The position numbers and the translations under genes are program-made. Shown piece after piece: positions 1 to 9,453 of a stretch of 64,000 nt of DNA. A model generated the notes under the pieces. It searched no databases. It was not told the origin of the DNA and was given only the letters and a program-made list of their open reading frames with translations. The stretch lies in the NCBI GenBank assembly GCA_964634685.1, contig CAZWLD010000001.1:22696-86695 (forward strand). Direction: 5' to 3'. Every line of letters starts with the position of its first letter. Positions within the stretch are counted from its first letter, which is position 1. This stretch comes from an uncultured Anaeroplasmatales bacterium. GTDB taxonomy: Bacteria; Bacillota_I; Bacilli_A; Acholeplasmatales; JAEDCM01.

Positions 1-3000
1 CTTACCAAAATCAATTAGCAGTATTGGAAGTGGTGCCTTCAGTCAATGCTCCAGTTTGAAAACTGTAAAATTTACGGATGGCAATAAGCTAAAAACAATT
101 AATGGCTATGCCTTTATGGAATGTAGTAGCCTAACGGATTTCCAAATTCCAAGTACAGTAACCACAATTGGTGATTCGGCCTTCCGTTCCTGCTCGAGCT
201 TGACGGAGATTACATTACCAAAAATTCAAAAAATTGAAACATCAACCTTTGAGGATTGTACATCACTTCAAGAAATTGTTGTCCCTCATGGTGTAACGCA
301 AATTGGTCGTAAAGCATTTAATGGATGTACCAATGTGACAAGCATTACCCTTCCTTTAGGTGTGAATACCTATGGTACCGAAAGCTTTGGGGGAATTACA
401 AAGGTAACGAAATTAACAATCGCGTCGGATATTGCGACGGAATTGATTTTTGGTTCGGACATTAACAATTTCCGAAATTCGGTAACAGAGCTAGTAATTG
501 TGGATGGAAGTGAAAAAATTGTTGATAGCTTCTTTGTTGGCTTTAGTAAGCTTGAAACTGTTTCTTTCCCGGATACAATTAAAACACTCGGAGCAAGTGC
601 CTTTAAAAATTGTACGAGCTTGAATAATGTTAATATTCCTCGCGTTGCAACAATCAGCGCCTCAGCCTTTGAAAATTGTAGTTCATTTACTAGTATTGAT
701 ATTCCTTCATCCGTAACAGCAATTTCCAAAAATGCTTTTAGTGGATGCGTTAATGTTGAAAGTATATATATTCCTTCATCGGTTCGAACAATTGAAAATA
801 ATCCATTTGTTGGCTTAGAGAAGTTAAATACCTTATCGGTTCCTGGTACGATTAAGCCAACCTCCTTGTTTGGACCAAGTGAGATTGTTGTTAAATATAC
901 GCTTAAGACCTTAAATGTTTTATCATCAACAGAAATTGTTGATAATGCATATTATGGATATGAGGCTTTAGAAGCAGTAACCTTCCCAACTAATTTAATA
1001 AAGATTGGCGCTAATGCTTTCACAAATACCTCGTTATCTACTCTTGATTTAAAGAATGTTGAAACAATCGGAAAAAATGCTTTTTCAAATATTTCTTCAT
1101 TAAATGCTATTGTTATTCCTTCTAATGTTAAGACAATTTCATATGGTGCTTTTGAAAATTGTGCCAACTTATCATCATTAACCTTTGCGGATAATAGTAG
1201 CTGTACAACGATTGAGGAGAGATTTGTTGCTGGTACTAAAGTAACTTCTCTTTTGATTCCAGTAAGTGTTATGTCAATAGTCTCCGGTGCATTTGATGGA
1301 TTAGAAAATTTATCAAGCATTCAATTTGCGGCTGATAGTAAATTAACATATATTGAGGATTTATTATTCCTTGATACAAAGATTACGGAATTTGTTGTTC
1401 CGGCAAATGTTGAATTGATTGGTACAAATCCATTCCCTGAGACTTTAGAAACCTTGATTTTTGCAGGAAATTCGAAGTTAACTGCCTTGTCAGATTATTT
1501 ATTTACAAATACCTTAGTATCTTCAATTACGATTCCAGGATCAGTTAGTTCAATTAATCCATTAGCCTTCTATCAATCAAATATTACATCAATTGGTTTT
1601 GAGGATAGTGCTTTATCGCAATTAACAAGCATCAAATCGGGTACCTTTGTTGATACAAAGATTACATCAATAGAAATCCCTGATTCGGTTTTAAGAATCG
1701 AAGCTAATTCATTCCCAGAAACCCTCGAATCCATTTCCTTCGATTTAGAAAATTCAAAATTAGAAGCTCTTAGCTCAGCCTTTTTAGCTAATACTAAGGT
1801 TACAGCAATTACGATTCCAAAGAGCGTTACAACCATTAGTGTTGGAGCCTTCCAAGATACCTTGGTTGAAACAATTACCTTTGCCGATAATAGCTTACTA
1901 GAAACAATTGAGGATGGAGCCTTTGCCGAGGTAGCCTCACTAAAGAGCATTAGCTTTGGCGAAAACTCAAGTCTTAAATCAATCGGTGAAGGGGCCTTCT
2001 TTGGCACAAGCATTCGTAAATTAACAATTCCTGAGAATGTTACTTCAATCGCTAGCTCAAGCGAAAAGAGTACCTTCCCTAATAGTTTAGAAGAAATAAC
2101 AATTTTGGGACGCCTTGATGCATATAATGATGGATTATTTGCGAATACTCAAATTTCCAATATTGTCATTAATACTGAAGAAATTCATGATAATGTTTTC
2201 CCAGTTACCTTACGAACAGTAACCTTTGTGGAGGATTGTGGCTTGACATTAATTGGTAAGAATGCCTTTAAGGATAGCTTAATCACGGTTGTGTCAATTC
2301 CTAATACGGTTTTACGAATTGAAGATGGAGCCTTTAGTGGATGTGCATTAATTAGATATAATTTACCAGAATCATTAGTTTATTTAGGCGATTTTGCTTT
2401 TGATACTGCTATTGTAAAATCATTATTAATACCAGCAAACCTTGAGGAAATTGGTCATAAATCCTTTAATGCTTCCAATCTCTTAACTCTTGAATTTGCT
2501 AGTGAATCAAAACTTCGTATTATTGGTGATGAAGCCTTTAGTGGAGCCTTAATTACAAGTGTTACTTTACCTAGCAGTGTTGAAGTAATTGGTAATTCCA
2601 CATTTGCTAGCTGTTGTTTATTAGTTAACTTTATCATTGATACTGAAGAATCAAAATTGGTTACAATTGGTTCAGAGGCTTTCGCTGGATGTATTAGCCT
2701 CAATGCCTTCAATCTTCCAACATTAGTTGAGGAATTAGGTAGTGGAGCCTTCAAGGGATGTACCTCTCTTGTTAGCTTTGATTTATCAGTTGCGAAAATT
2801 AGTGTTGCATCAGAATCATTATTTGATGGATGCTCTTCGTTAAGTCGAGTTAATTTAACAAATATTGTAACAATTAATGCTTATGCATTTAAGAGCTGTG
2901 TTTCTCTTACATCAATTGATTTACCAGATGTTCTTGAGATTTATGATGAAGCCTTTAGCGGTTGTACATCCTTAGCTAGCGCAATTCTTCCTTCACATAT

Positions 3001-4780
3001 GACATATCTTGGCATCGGTTTATTTAGTGATTGTATTGCCTTAGAAACTGTTAACTATAATATTTCTGATTTAGCATATATCCCAGACAATTGCTTCCTA
3101 AACTGTGTATCATTAGTTAATATTAAAATACCTGATACAATTACATCAATCGGGGCATCAGCCTTTGAGGGATGTAAGGCCTTGAGAACTGAAAGCATTA
3201 ATTTCTCTAATATTGAGAAAATCAACGCTAATGCCTTCAAGGATTGTATGAGTTTATTAAGTGTTGATTTACCAGATTCTCTACAAATTTTAGATGCTAG
3301 CGCCTTTAGCGGCTGTGTGGCTTTAAAATATGTTACCTTTGGATCTAATATTCAAATTAATACCATTGGAGCTGAAGCCTTCAAGGATTGTGAAGCTTTA
3401 TTCAATATTGAAATTCCAAATGTTACGATGCTTGGAGATAGCTGCTTTAGCGGAAGTGGATTGTTATCTGTTGTAATTCCAGCATCAGTAACGGTTCTTG
3501 GTTCAAATGTTTTCGCGGATTGCTATAATCTAGAAACAGCTGAATTTGCTCTAGGAACAACAATTGATACGATTGGCTCAGGCTTATTTGCTAATTGCGA
3601 ATCGTTGACAGTTATCCGAATTCCGGTTTCCGTAAGAATCATTGAAGCAGGAGCTTTTAGTGGATGTTCATTATTATCAACTGTTTTATTTGATGAAGGA
3701 AATGAATTAGAAGAGATTCAAGATTCCTTATTTGAAGGATGCTTATCATTAGCTAATATTGTTTTACCTGAGACGGTTCGTAAGATTGGTCGTGATGCTT
3801 TCAAGGGCTGTGAAGCTTTAGTATCATTAGCAATTCCAGAAAGTGTTGATGAATTAGGATCAGGTGCCTTCAATGGTTGTAAGTCCTTAACAACAATTAA
3901 TCTTCCAACAAGCTTAAAATATGATAAGATTCAAGACAGTACCTTCGAAAATTGTACAGCCTTGACATCAATTACAATTCCGGAAAATGTTAGAAAGATT
4001 GGCGCATCAGCGTTTGCGACATCAGGCTTAACAAGCGTAATGCTTTCGAAGAATATTTCCCTCCTTGAATCTAAAGCCTTTGCGGATTGTGAATTCTTAA
4101 CGACTGTTGGCTTTGAGGAAGACATAGATTTAGCAGCTTTATTAAGCGAGGTATTTAGCGGCTGTAAGACTTTAGCTACCATCGGCTTATATAGCGCTTC
4201 TTCAAGTGTAATTAATGAAAATGCTCTTCCTGATTCGGTGACAAATATTGGTGATCAAGTATTTAATGGTTGTGCAGCCTTAACAGGATTATTATTACCA
4301 GAGGGTTTAACCTATTTAGGAGCTAGTGTCTTTATGGATTCAGGCTTAACAGCAATTACCATTCCAAGCACTGTTACCTATATGGGCGAAGGAACCTTCA
4401 GTGGTTGTAAAGCACTAGCAAATATTTCCTTTGCTCAAAATAGTCGTTTAGCCTTTATCAGTGGAAATTTATTCACCGATACAGCTATTCAAACAATTAC
4501 CTTACCGAATAATATTTCTTATATTGAGGATGGAGCCTTTAGTAATTGTGCATCACTCGAAACTATTACGATTCCAAGCTCGGTATGTAATTTAGGAGAA
4601 GGATTGTTCGTGGGCTGTGGTGCTTTAACAGCTGTTCACTTTACTTCAACAATCGCCCCACGAATTACAAAAAATACATTTGGAGAAGAATTTACATTTG
4701 CTATTTATGTACCATCATCTTCCCTATCAGAATATCAAAAATCATTAGTTTGGCGTGAACTTACATTACAACCTGAATAG
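1..4780 (+). CDS. BspA-type leucine-rich-repeat (LRR) surface protein, 5'-truncated by the window edge
   Basis: The frame is open from nt 2 with no stop (LPKSISSIGSGAFSQCSSLKTVKF...), so the TTG at 56 in the ORF track is internal. Dozens of ~23-25 aa repeats of the form IP.sVt.IG..AF..C.sL..I. TAG at 4778-4780 is followed by a hairpin terminator. Confidence 0.85.
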   Translation, partial: LPKSISSIGSGAFSQCSSLKTVKFTDGNKLKTINGYAFMECSSLTDFQIPSTVTTIGDSAFRSCSSLTEITLPKIQKIETSTFEDCTSLQEIVVPHGVTQIGRKAFNGCTNVTSITLPLGVNTYGTESFGGITKVTKLTIASDIATELIFGSDINNFRNSVTELVIVDGSEKIVDSFFVGFSKLETVSFPDTIKTLGASAFKNCTSLNNVNIPRVATISASAFENCSSFTSIDIPSSVTAISKNAFSGCVNVESIYIPSSVRTIENNPFVGLEKLNTLSVPGTIKPTSLFGPSEIVVKYTLKTLNVLSSTEIVDNAYYGYEALEAVTFPTNLIKIGANAFTNTSLSTLDLKNVETIGKNAFSNISSLNAIVIPSNVKTISYGAFENCANLSSLTFADNSSCTTIEERFVAGTKVTSLLIPVSVMSIVSGAFDGLENLSSIQFAADSKLTYIEDLLFLDTKITEFVVPANVELIGTNPFPETLETLIFAGNSKLTALSDYLFTNTLVSSITIPGSVSSINPLAFYQSNITSIGFEDSALSQLTSIKSGTFVDTKITSIEIPDSVLRIEANSFPETLESISFDLENSKLEALSSAFLANTKVTAITIPKSVTTISVGAFQDTLVETITFADNSLLETIEDGAFAEVASLKSISFGENSSLKSIGEGAFFGTSIRKLTIPENVTSIASSSEKSTFPNSLEEITILGRLDAYNDGLFANTQISNIVINTEEIHDNVFPVTLRTVTFVEDCGLTLIGKNAFKDSLITVVSIPNTVLRIEDGAFSGCALIRYNLPESLVYLGDFAFDTAIVKSLLIPANLEEIGHKSFNASNLLTLEFASESKLRIIGDEAFSGALITSVTLPSSVEVIGNSTFASCCLLVNFIIDTEESKLVTIGSEAFAGCISLNAFNLPTLVEELGSGAFKGCTSLVSFDLSVAKISVASESLFDGCSSLSRVNLTNIVTINAYAFKSCVSLTSIDLPDVLEIYDEAFSGCTSLASAILPSHMTYLGIGLFSDCIALETVNYNISDLAYIPDNCFLNCVSLVNIKIPDTITSIGASAFEGCKALRTESINFSNIEKINANAFKDCMSLLSVDLPDSLQILDASAFSGCVALKYVTFGSNIQINTIGAEAFKDCEALFNIEIPNVTMLGDSCFSGSGLLSVVIPASVTVLGSNVFADCYNLETAEFALGTTIDTIGSGLFANCESLTVIRIPVSVRIIEAGAFSGCSLLSTVLFDEGNELEEIQDSLFEGCLSLANIVLPETVRKIGRDAFKGCEALVSLAIPESVDELGSGAFNGCKSLTTINLPTSLKYDKIQDSTFENCTALTSITIPENVRKIGASAFATSGLTSVMLSKNISLLESKAFADCEFLTTVGFEEDIDLAALLSEVFSGCKTLATIGLYSASSSVINENALPDSVTNIGDQVFNGCAALTGLLLPEGLTYLGASVFMDSGLTAITIPSTVTYMGEGTFSGCKALANISFAQNSRLAFISGNLFTDTAIQTITLPNNISYIEDGAFSNCASLETITIPSSVCNLGEGLFVGCGALTAVHFTSTIAPRITKNTFGEEFTFAIYVPSSSLSEYQKSLVWRELTLQPE

Positions 4781-4784
4781 CATT

Positions 4785-4814
4785 AACTACCCATTTTATT
4801 GGGTAGTTTTTTTT
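4785..4814 (+). terminator. Rho-independent terminator of the LRR gene
   Basis: 9-bp stem AACTACCCA / TGGGTAGTT with a 6-nt loop, followed by a T-run. Confidence 0.75.
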
Positions 4815-4861
4815 AAGCCCGAAATTTCGACAACCTTATCCTTTATATTTTTATAAAATTG

Positions 4862-4870
4862 TGGTAGAAT
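4862..4870 (+). promoter_or_regulatory. Extended -10 element (TGGTAGAAT) upstream of the helicase gene
   Basis: TGnTAnAAT pattern 27 nt upstream of the ATG at 4897. The -35 is only weak (TTTATA). Confidence 0.4.
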
Positions 4871-4896
4871 TTATAATAGATATAGGAGGAATCAAT

Positions 4897-7800
4897 ATGG
4901 ATGCTATTATAAACAAATTAAATATTGCTCGAAAAGAGCTATTAGATTTATCATTCAGAAATCCTTTGTTAAATTTTAAATTAAGAAAGACGACCGGATT
5001 AGAATTTCCTAATATAAATATTAATGATTCCTTTGAATATTTAGTCATTGAAGAAAGGTCTATTTCCTTTACAAGGGAAGAATCCTCCAAGCCTTCAAGA
5101 TTGCAAGTTTTTATTGATGAAAAGGAGCTCCACAGCCGATTAAATCAAACCTACCGTCAGGCTACGATGTTTTTAGAGGAAAAGGGCGCTAATACCCTCT
5201 TTTTAGTATTAGGCTTTTTACAGTGGTATGAGGATAATGTTTGTTATAAATCGCCTCTAGTTTTAGTTCCTGTCGAATTAAAAAAGGCCGATAATAGTGA
5301 TCGCTTTAGCTTAGTTTATTCATCAGATGATATCAAATATAATGTTACCTTGGCTACAAAATTAAAAATGGATTATAACATCAATATCGAAGTTGACGAG
5401 CAAGATGATTTTGATGTTTTAGCCTATTTACGTTTGGTTAAGGATGCTATATATACAAAAGAAAACTGGGATGTTTTATATACCGGTGCTTTAGATTTCT
5501 TTTCTTATGGAAAATATTTAATGTATCAGGATTTAGATATAGATAAATGGATAAAGGATGGAAAGTTTATTAATGATAAGATTATCAATGGCCTTTTTAT
5601 TGATGGCTTTAATGATAAGCTTACTGATTTAGATGCGGTTGACATCAATGAAGTAACCAAGCCCCATAATTTTTATCATGTTGTCGATTGCGATTCGAGT
5701 CAGGCCTTAGCTATTTACGATGTCAATCAAGGAAGCAATTTAGTTATGCAGGGTCCTCCCGGAACTGGTAAATCGCAAACAATCACTAATCTAATCGCGA
5801 ATGCCGTTATGATGGGGAAATCCGTTTTATTTGTGGCGGAAAAATCATCTGCATTAGATGTTGTCTACCGAAGACTTAAAAGCGTTGGCTTGGACTCCTT
5901 GGCCCTTGAATTGCATAGTCATAAGGCTAATAAGCGGGATATTCTTCATTCCTTGGAGGAAACAATAAATTTAGGAGAACCTAAGGTTTCTGATAACAAT
6001 CCTTTATATGCTAAATATGAGGAGACGAAAGATGTTTTAAATAAGTATAAGGATGCGGTTAATAAGCCGATTTTAAATTCACATTTAACCCCATTAAATA
6101 TTTATGGTAATATCCTAAGATTAAAGGATTCATTGGACAAGGATGGAGTTCGTCTTCCGCGAATTAGCTTTAAAAACATTTTAGATTGGACTGATTCGGA
6201 ATATCAAAAGCGCTATGATGCGACTAAGGAATACATTAATGTTTTAAAAAATGTTGGTAAAATTGAAAAGCACCCTTTTTATGGTGTTGGCCTATCAAGC
6301 TGTATGCCTTTTGAACAAATTGCGATTAAGGAAAAAATCATCGCTTTGGATGATGCATTGATTTCATTAACGAAGATTATTTCGGAGATGCAAAAGAATT
6401 TAAATAATCATTCTGCCGATTGCATTTTTGAAGCTAATCGTTTATCGAGAAGTATTGATTTATGCTGTAGTGATTTTGATATAATGGGAATTAATTCTTG
6501 CGATTATCGTTTTTTAGAAAATCCAGAATATATTTTCAATATTATTTGTTTAGGCCAAAAGGGCAAGAAGCTTTATGAGGCTCTTAAGGATAAGGTTCCG
6601 CAGGAGAGCTTTGAGGATTATTCATATTTAGATAAATATGTCGAATATGACCTTATTTCTAGCCTACATAAGAAAAAGAAAAAACAAGCAAAAGAAGAGC
6701 TTACCTCATATCTTTATGAGATGGATAATAAAACATTAAAGGATCTATTTGAATATTTGCGCATTTCCTTGTATTTTAAATCGGAAAAAAGAAATATAAG
6801 AGATATCTTTTTAGGTGGATACAAAGGAATTGTGGAAACAGATTGGGACAAGGTTTTTGAGGCTTGTAGCTTTATTTTTGATATTCATCAAAAAATTGCT
6901 AGCTATCAGGTTATTCCACAGATGAAAATGGTTTTGATGGATAATGAATTGATGAAAAGATTACAAGAAATCAATGCTAGCTATAAGGAAGCATTAGAAA
7001 ATTTTGTTGCGGCTTTAAAGAAGGTTATGGCCGTTATGGAATTTGATTATTCCTTGCGCTTTGGTTATCCAAAATGGTATATCGATTATCCCTTTAATGA
7101 TTTCAAACGCTTGATTGCGGCCTTCATGGACACTGATAAAATTATTGAAATTGTTAGATACAATGAAGCATCAGCTAAAATGAATGAATTAGGCATTATG
7201 GAATTAGTTGAGCTTGGCCAGTTATGGAAGGGTAATTATGACTATTTAGCCGATATCTTAGAGTATGAACGCGAGACAGCCTTGATTGATTATGCCTTCA
7301 AGGAAGAAAAGCCTTTGCAGGAATTTAAAAAATATAACCATGAGCGTCAAATTGAAGTCTTTAAGGATCTAGATATGACAATTATGGTCGAGAATATTAA
7401 GCATATCCTAAAGCATCACTTTGATAATTGTCCGCGTATTAATGATAATACTCCGGAAATGAATATTTTAAGAAGAGAATTTCAAAAGAAAAAGAATCAA
7501 ATGCCTATTCGCAAGCTTTTAAGCAAAGCTGGTGAAACCATTAAAGCTATCAAGCCGGTTTTTATGATGAGCCCTTTATCGATTGCTTCCTATCTTGAGC
7601 CTGGAAAAATGAGCTTTGATTTGGTAGTGTTTGATGAGGCCAGTCAGGTTCGCCCGGTTGAAGCGTTTGGAGCTTTATTACGAGCTAATCAAATTGTCGT
7701 TGTTGGGGACAGTCATCAGCTTCCGCCAACTAATTTCTTTGATACAATGACGACAAAATATGAGGGTGTCACTGATGAGGATTATGATGTTTCCAACATG

Positions 7801-9453
7801 GAATCAATTTTGAGTCTTTTGTTAGCTAAAAATATTCCAGAACGAACCTTGAATTGGCATTATCGAAGCCGCCATAAATCATTAATTATGATTTCTAATA
7901 AAGAATTTTATGATGGAAGATTAAATATTTTCCCTTCAGTTGATGATTTAGATATTAACGAAGGTTTAATCTTTAATTATTTACCAAAAACTGTTTATTT
8001 GCGGGGACGAACAAGAACGAATCCCGAGGAGGCAAAGGTTGTTATCAAGGCCGCCTTGAAGCATGCCCTCGAGCATCCAAATCAATCCTTAGGTATTGTA
8101 TCCTTTAGTATGGCTCAGGCTGATGAGCTCTATCGTGAGTTTGAGCGTCAAATGAAAAGGAATACCAGTAAGGAAATTGAAAACTTTTTCCATATGCATG
8201 AAACGGAGCCCTTCTTTATCAAAAACCTTGAAAATGTTCAAGGAGATGAAAGAGATGTTATTTTCATTAGTGTTGGCTATGGTCATGATGAAAATGGCTA
8301 TTTATCAATGGATTTTGGCCCTCTAAACAAAGAGGGTGGCGAAAGACGTTTGAATGTCTTAATCACAAGAGCCCGCGAAAGAACGGAGATTTTTAGTAAT
8401 ATTACGGGCTATGATATCAATATTAGTAAAACCCAAAGTCTTGGTGTTAAGGCTCTCAAGAAATATCTTGATTATGCTCAAAACCGCAAAAATTACGATG
8501 AACGTAATCGCAGCTCGGATGTTGAAGGCTTTACAGATTATATTTATAATCGTTTGCTTGAGTATGGCTTTACAGTTTTAAGAAATGTTGGAGTTCCGGG
8601 CTTTGGTATCGATTTGGCAATTGTGGATGAGAAGAATCCTAATCGCTTCCTACTTGGTATTGAATGCGATGGTGGAGCTTATTCAAATTTCCAATCCGCA
8701 ACCGATCGAGATCGCTTAAGAAATGCGGTTTTAACCAATTTAGGATGGAAAATTTATCATATTTGGTCAACAGATTTTTATCGTAATCCGAAGGTCGAAT
8801 TTGAAAAATTGTTAAATTATATTAATAATATTCGCGATGTTTTGGTTCCGGTTAAGCAAGCCCCAGTAATTAATGTTAAACGAGCCAAGGCGGAAAAAAT
8901 AAATGATGTCAATGTGATTGTGGACTATAAGCTTTATAATGGTCCGAAGCGTCGAGCCTCAATTTTAGATGAAATTGAAACCTTAAGTAAGCTTATTGAA
9001 AAGATTATTGAGGTTGAGGCGCCAATTCATATTCATGAGATTATGCGTCGAATTCAAGGAGTTACGCAGGTTAATAAATTAACGGAGAGAATGAAAAAGA
9101 ATATTCTTCAGGCCTTTGAATTGATAAAAGATAATTATGAACTTAATGATGAATTTGTTTATCTTCCAAATATGGAAATCGAGGTACGAAGACGTAGTAG
9201 TATTGAAAATAAACGAATGGAATTTATTCCTAAATGTGAAATTAAAAAAGCGTGCTATACGGTCATTGATTTAGGCTTAGCTACCACTATTGATGAGGTT
9301 AAAGCTAATGTTGGAGAAATTTTAGGCTTCAATAAAACTAATCCAACCTTAGTCAAGGTCGTAAATGAAAGTATAAGTGAGCTTTTAGAGGAAAAATCAA
9401 TCTATATTGAAAATGATATTTATTATATTAATGATTATAAGGATGTTCAATGA
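4897..9453 (+). CDS. Large SF1 (Upf1/DNA2-like) helicase fused to a C-terminal PD-(D/E)xK (DUF559/Vsr-like) endonuclease-fold domain and a DUF3320-like tail; the N-terminal region resembles DUF4011
   Basis: Likely start is ATG 4897, 6 nt after the SD AGGAGGA; the track start 4861 is GTG without an SD. Walker A GPPGTGKS (5752-5775), motif II VVFDEASQ (DEAS at 7633-7644), DSHQLPPT and VQGDERDVIFIS helicase motifs. Nuclease-like block GFGIDLAIVDE...LLGIECDGGAY...W.IYHIWSTDF (~8540-8800). 1518 aa. Confidence 0.85.
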   Translation: MDAIINKLNIARKELLDLSFRNPLLNFKLRKTTGLEFPNININDSFEYLVIEERSISFTREESSKPSRLQVFIDEKELHSRLNQTYRQATMFLEEKGANTLFLVLGFLQWYEDNVCYKSPLVLVPVELKKADNSDRFSLVYSSDDIKYNVTLATKLKMDYNINIEVDEQDDFDVLAYLRLVKDAIYTKENWDVLYTGALDFFSYGKYLMYQDLDIDKWIKDGKFINDKIINGLFIDGFNDKLTDLDAVDINEVTKPHNFYHVVDCDSSQALAIYDVNQGSNLVMQGPPGTGKSQTITNLIANAVMMGKSVLFVAEKSSALDVVYRRLKSVGLDSLALELHSHKANKRDILHSLEETINLGEPKVSDNNPLYAKYEETKDVLNKYKDAVNKPILNSHLTPLNIYGNILRLKDSLDKDGVRLPRISFKNILDWTDSEYQKRYDATKEYINVLKNVGKIEKHPFYGVGLSSCMPFEQIAIKEKIIALDDALISLTKIISEMQKNLNNHSADCIFEANRLSRSIDLCCSDFDIMGINSCDYRFLENPEYIFNIICLGQKGKKLYEALKDKVPQESFEDYSYLDKYVEYDLISSLHKKKKKQAKEELTSYLYEMDNKTLKDLFEYLRISLYFKSEKRNIRDIFLGGYKGIVETDWDKVFEACSFIFDIHQKIASYQVIPQMKMVLMDNELMKRLQEINASYKEALENFVAALKKVMAVMEFDYSLRFGYPKWYIDYPFNDFKRLIAAFMDTDKIIEIVRYNEASAKMNELGIMELVELGQLWKGNYDYLADILEYERETALIDYAFKEEKPLQEFKKYNHERQIEVFKDLDMTIMVENIKHILKHHFDNCPRINDNTPEMNILRREFQKKKNQMPIRKLLSKAGETIKAIKPVFMMSPLSIASYLEPGKMSFDLVVFDEASQVRPVEAFGALLRANQIVVVGDSHQLPPTNFFDTMTTKYEGVTDEDYDVSNMESILSLLLAKNIPERTLNWHYRSRHKSLIMISNKEFYDGRLNIFPSVDDLDINEGLIFNYLPKTVYLRGRTRTNPEEAKVVIKAALKHALEHPNQSLGIVSFSMAQADELYREFERQMKRNTSKEIENFFHMHETEPFFIKNLENVQGDERDVIFISVGYGHDENGYLSMDFGPLNKEGGERRLNVLITRARERTEIFSNITGYDINISKTQSLGVKALKKYLDYAQNRKNYDERNRSSDVEGFTDYIYNRLLEYGFTVLRNVGVPGFGIDLAIVDEKNPNRFLLGIECDGGAYSNFQSATDRDRLRNAVLTNLGWKIYHIWSTDFYRNPKVEFEKLLNYINNIRDVLVPVKQAPVINVKRAKAEKINDVNVIVDYKLYNGPKRRASILDEIETLSKLIEKIIEVEAPIHIHEIMRRIQGVTQVNKLTERMKKNILQAFELIKDNYELNDEFVYLPNMEIEVRRRSSIENKRMEFIPKCEIKKACYTVIDLGLATTIDEVKANVGEILGFNKTNPTLVKVVNESISELLEEKSIYIENDIYYINDYKDVQ

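Noticed and set aside
370-4182. Seven minus-strand ORFs of 61-146 aa inside the LRR gene (370-729, 952-1320, 1573-2013, 2455-2754, 3055-3240, 3931-4182 and similar).
   Set aside because: All are antisense to a long, motif-rich LRR reading frame. Their products are low-complexity mirror translations with no SD or independent signals.
4826-4832. Single TTCGACA 0A box ~30 nt upstream of the helicase promoter element.
   Set aside because: A lone heptamer is expected by chance several times in 64 kb, and there is no second phased box.
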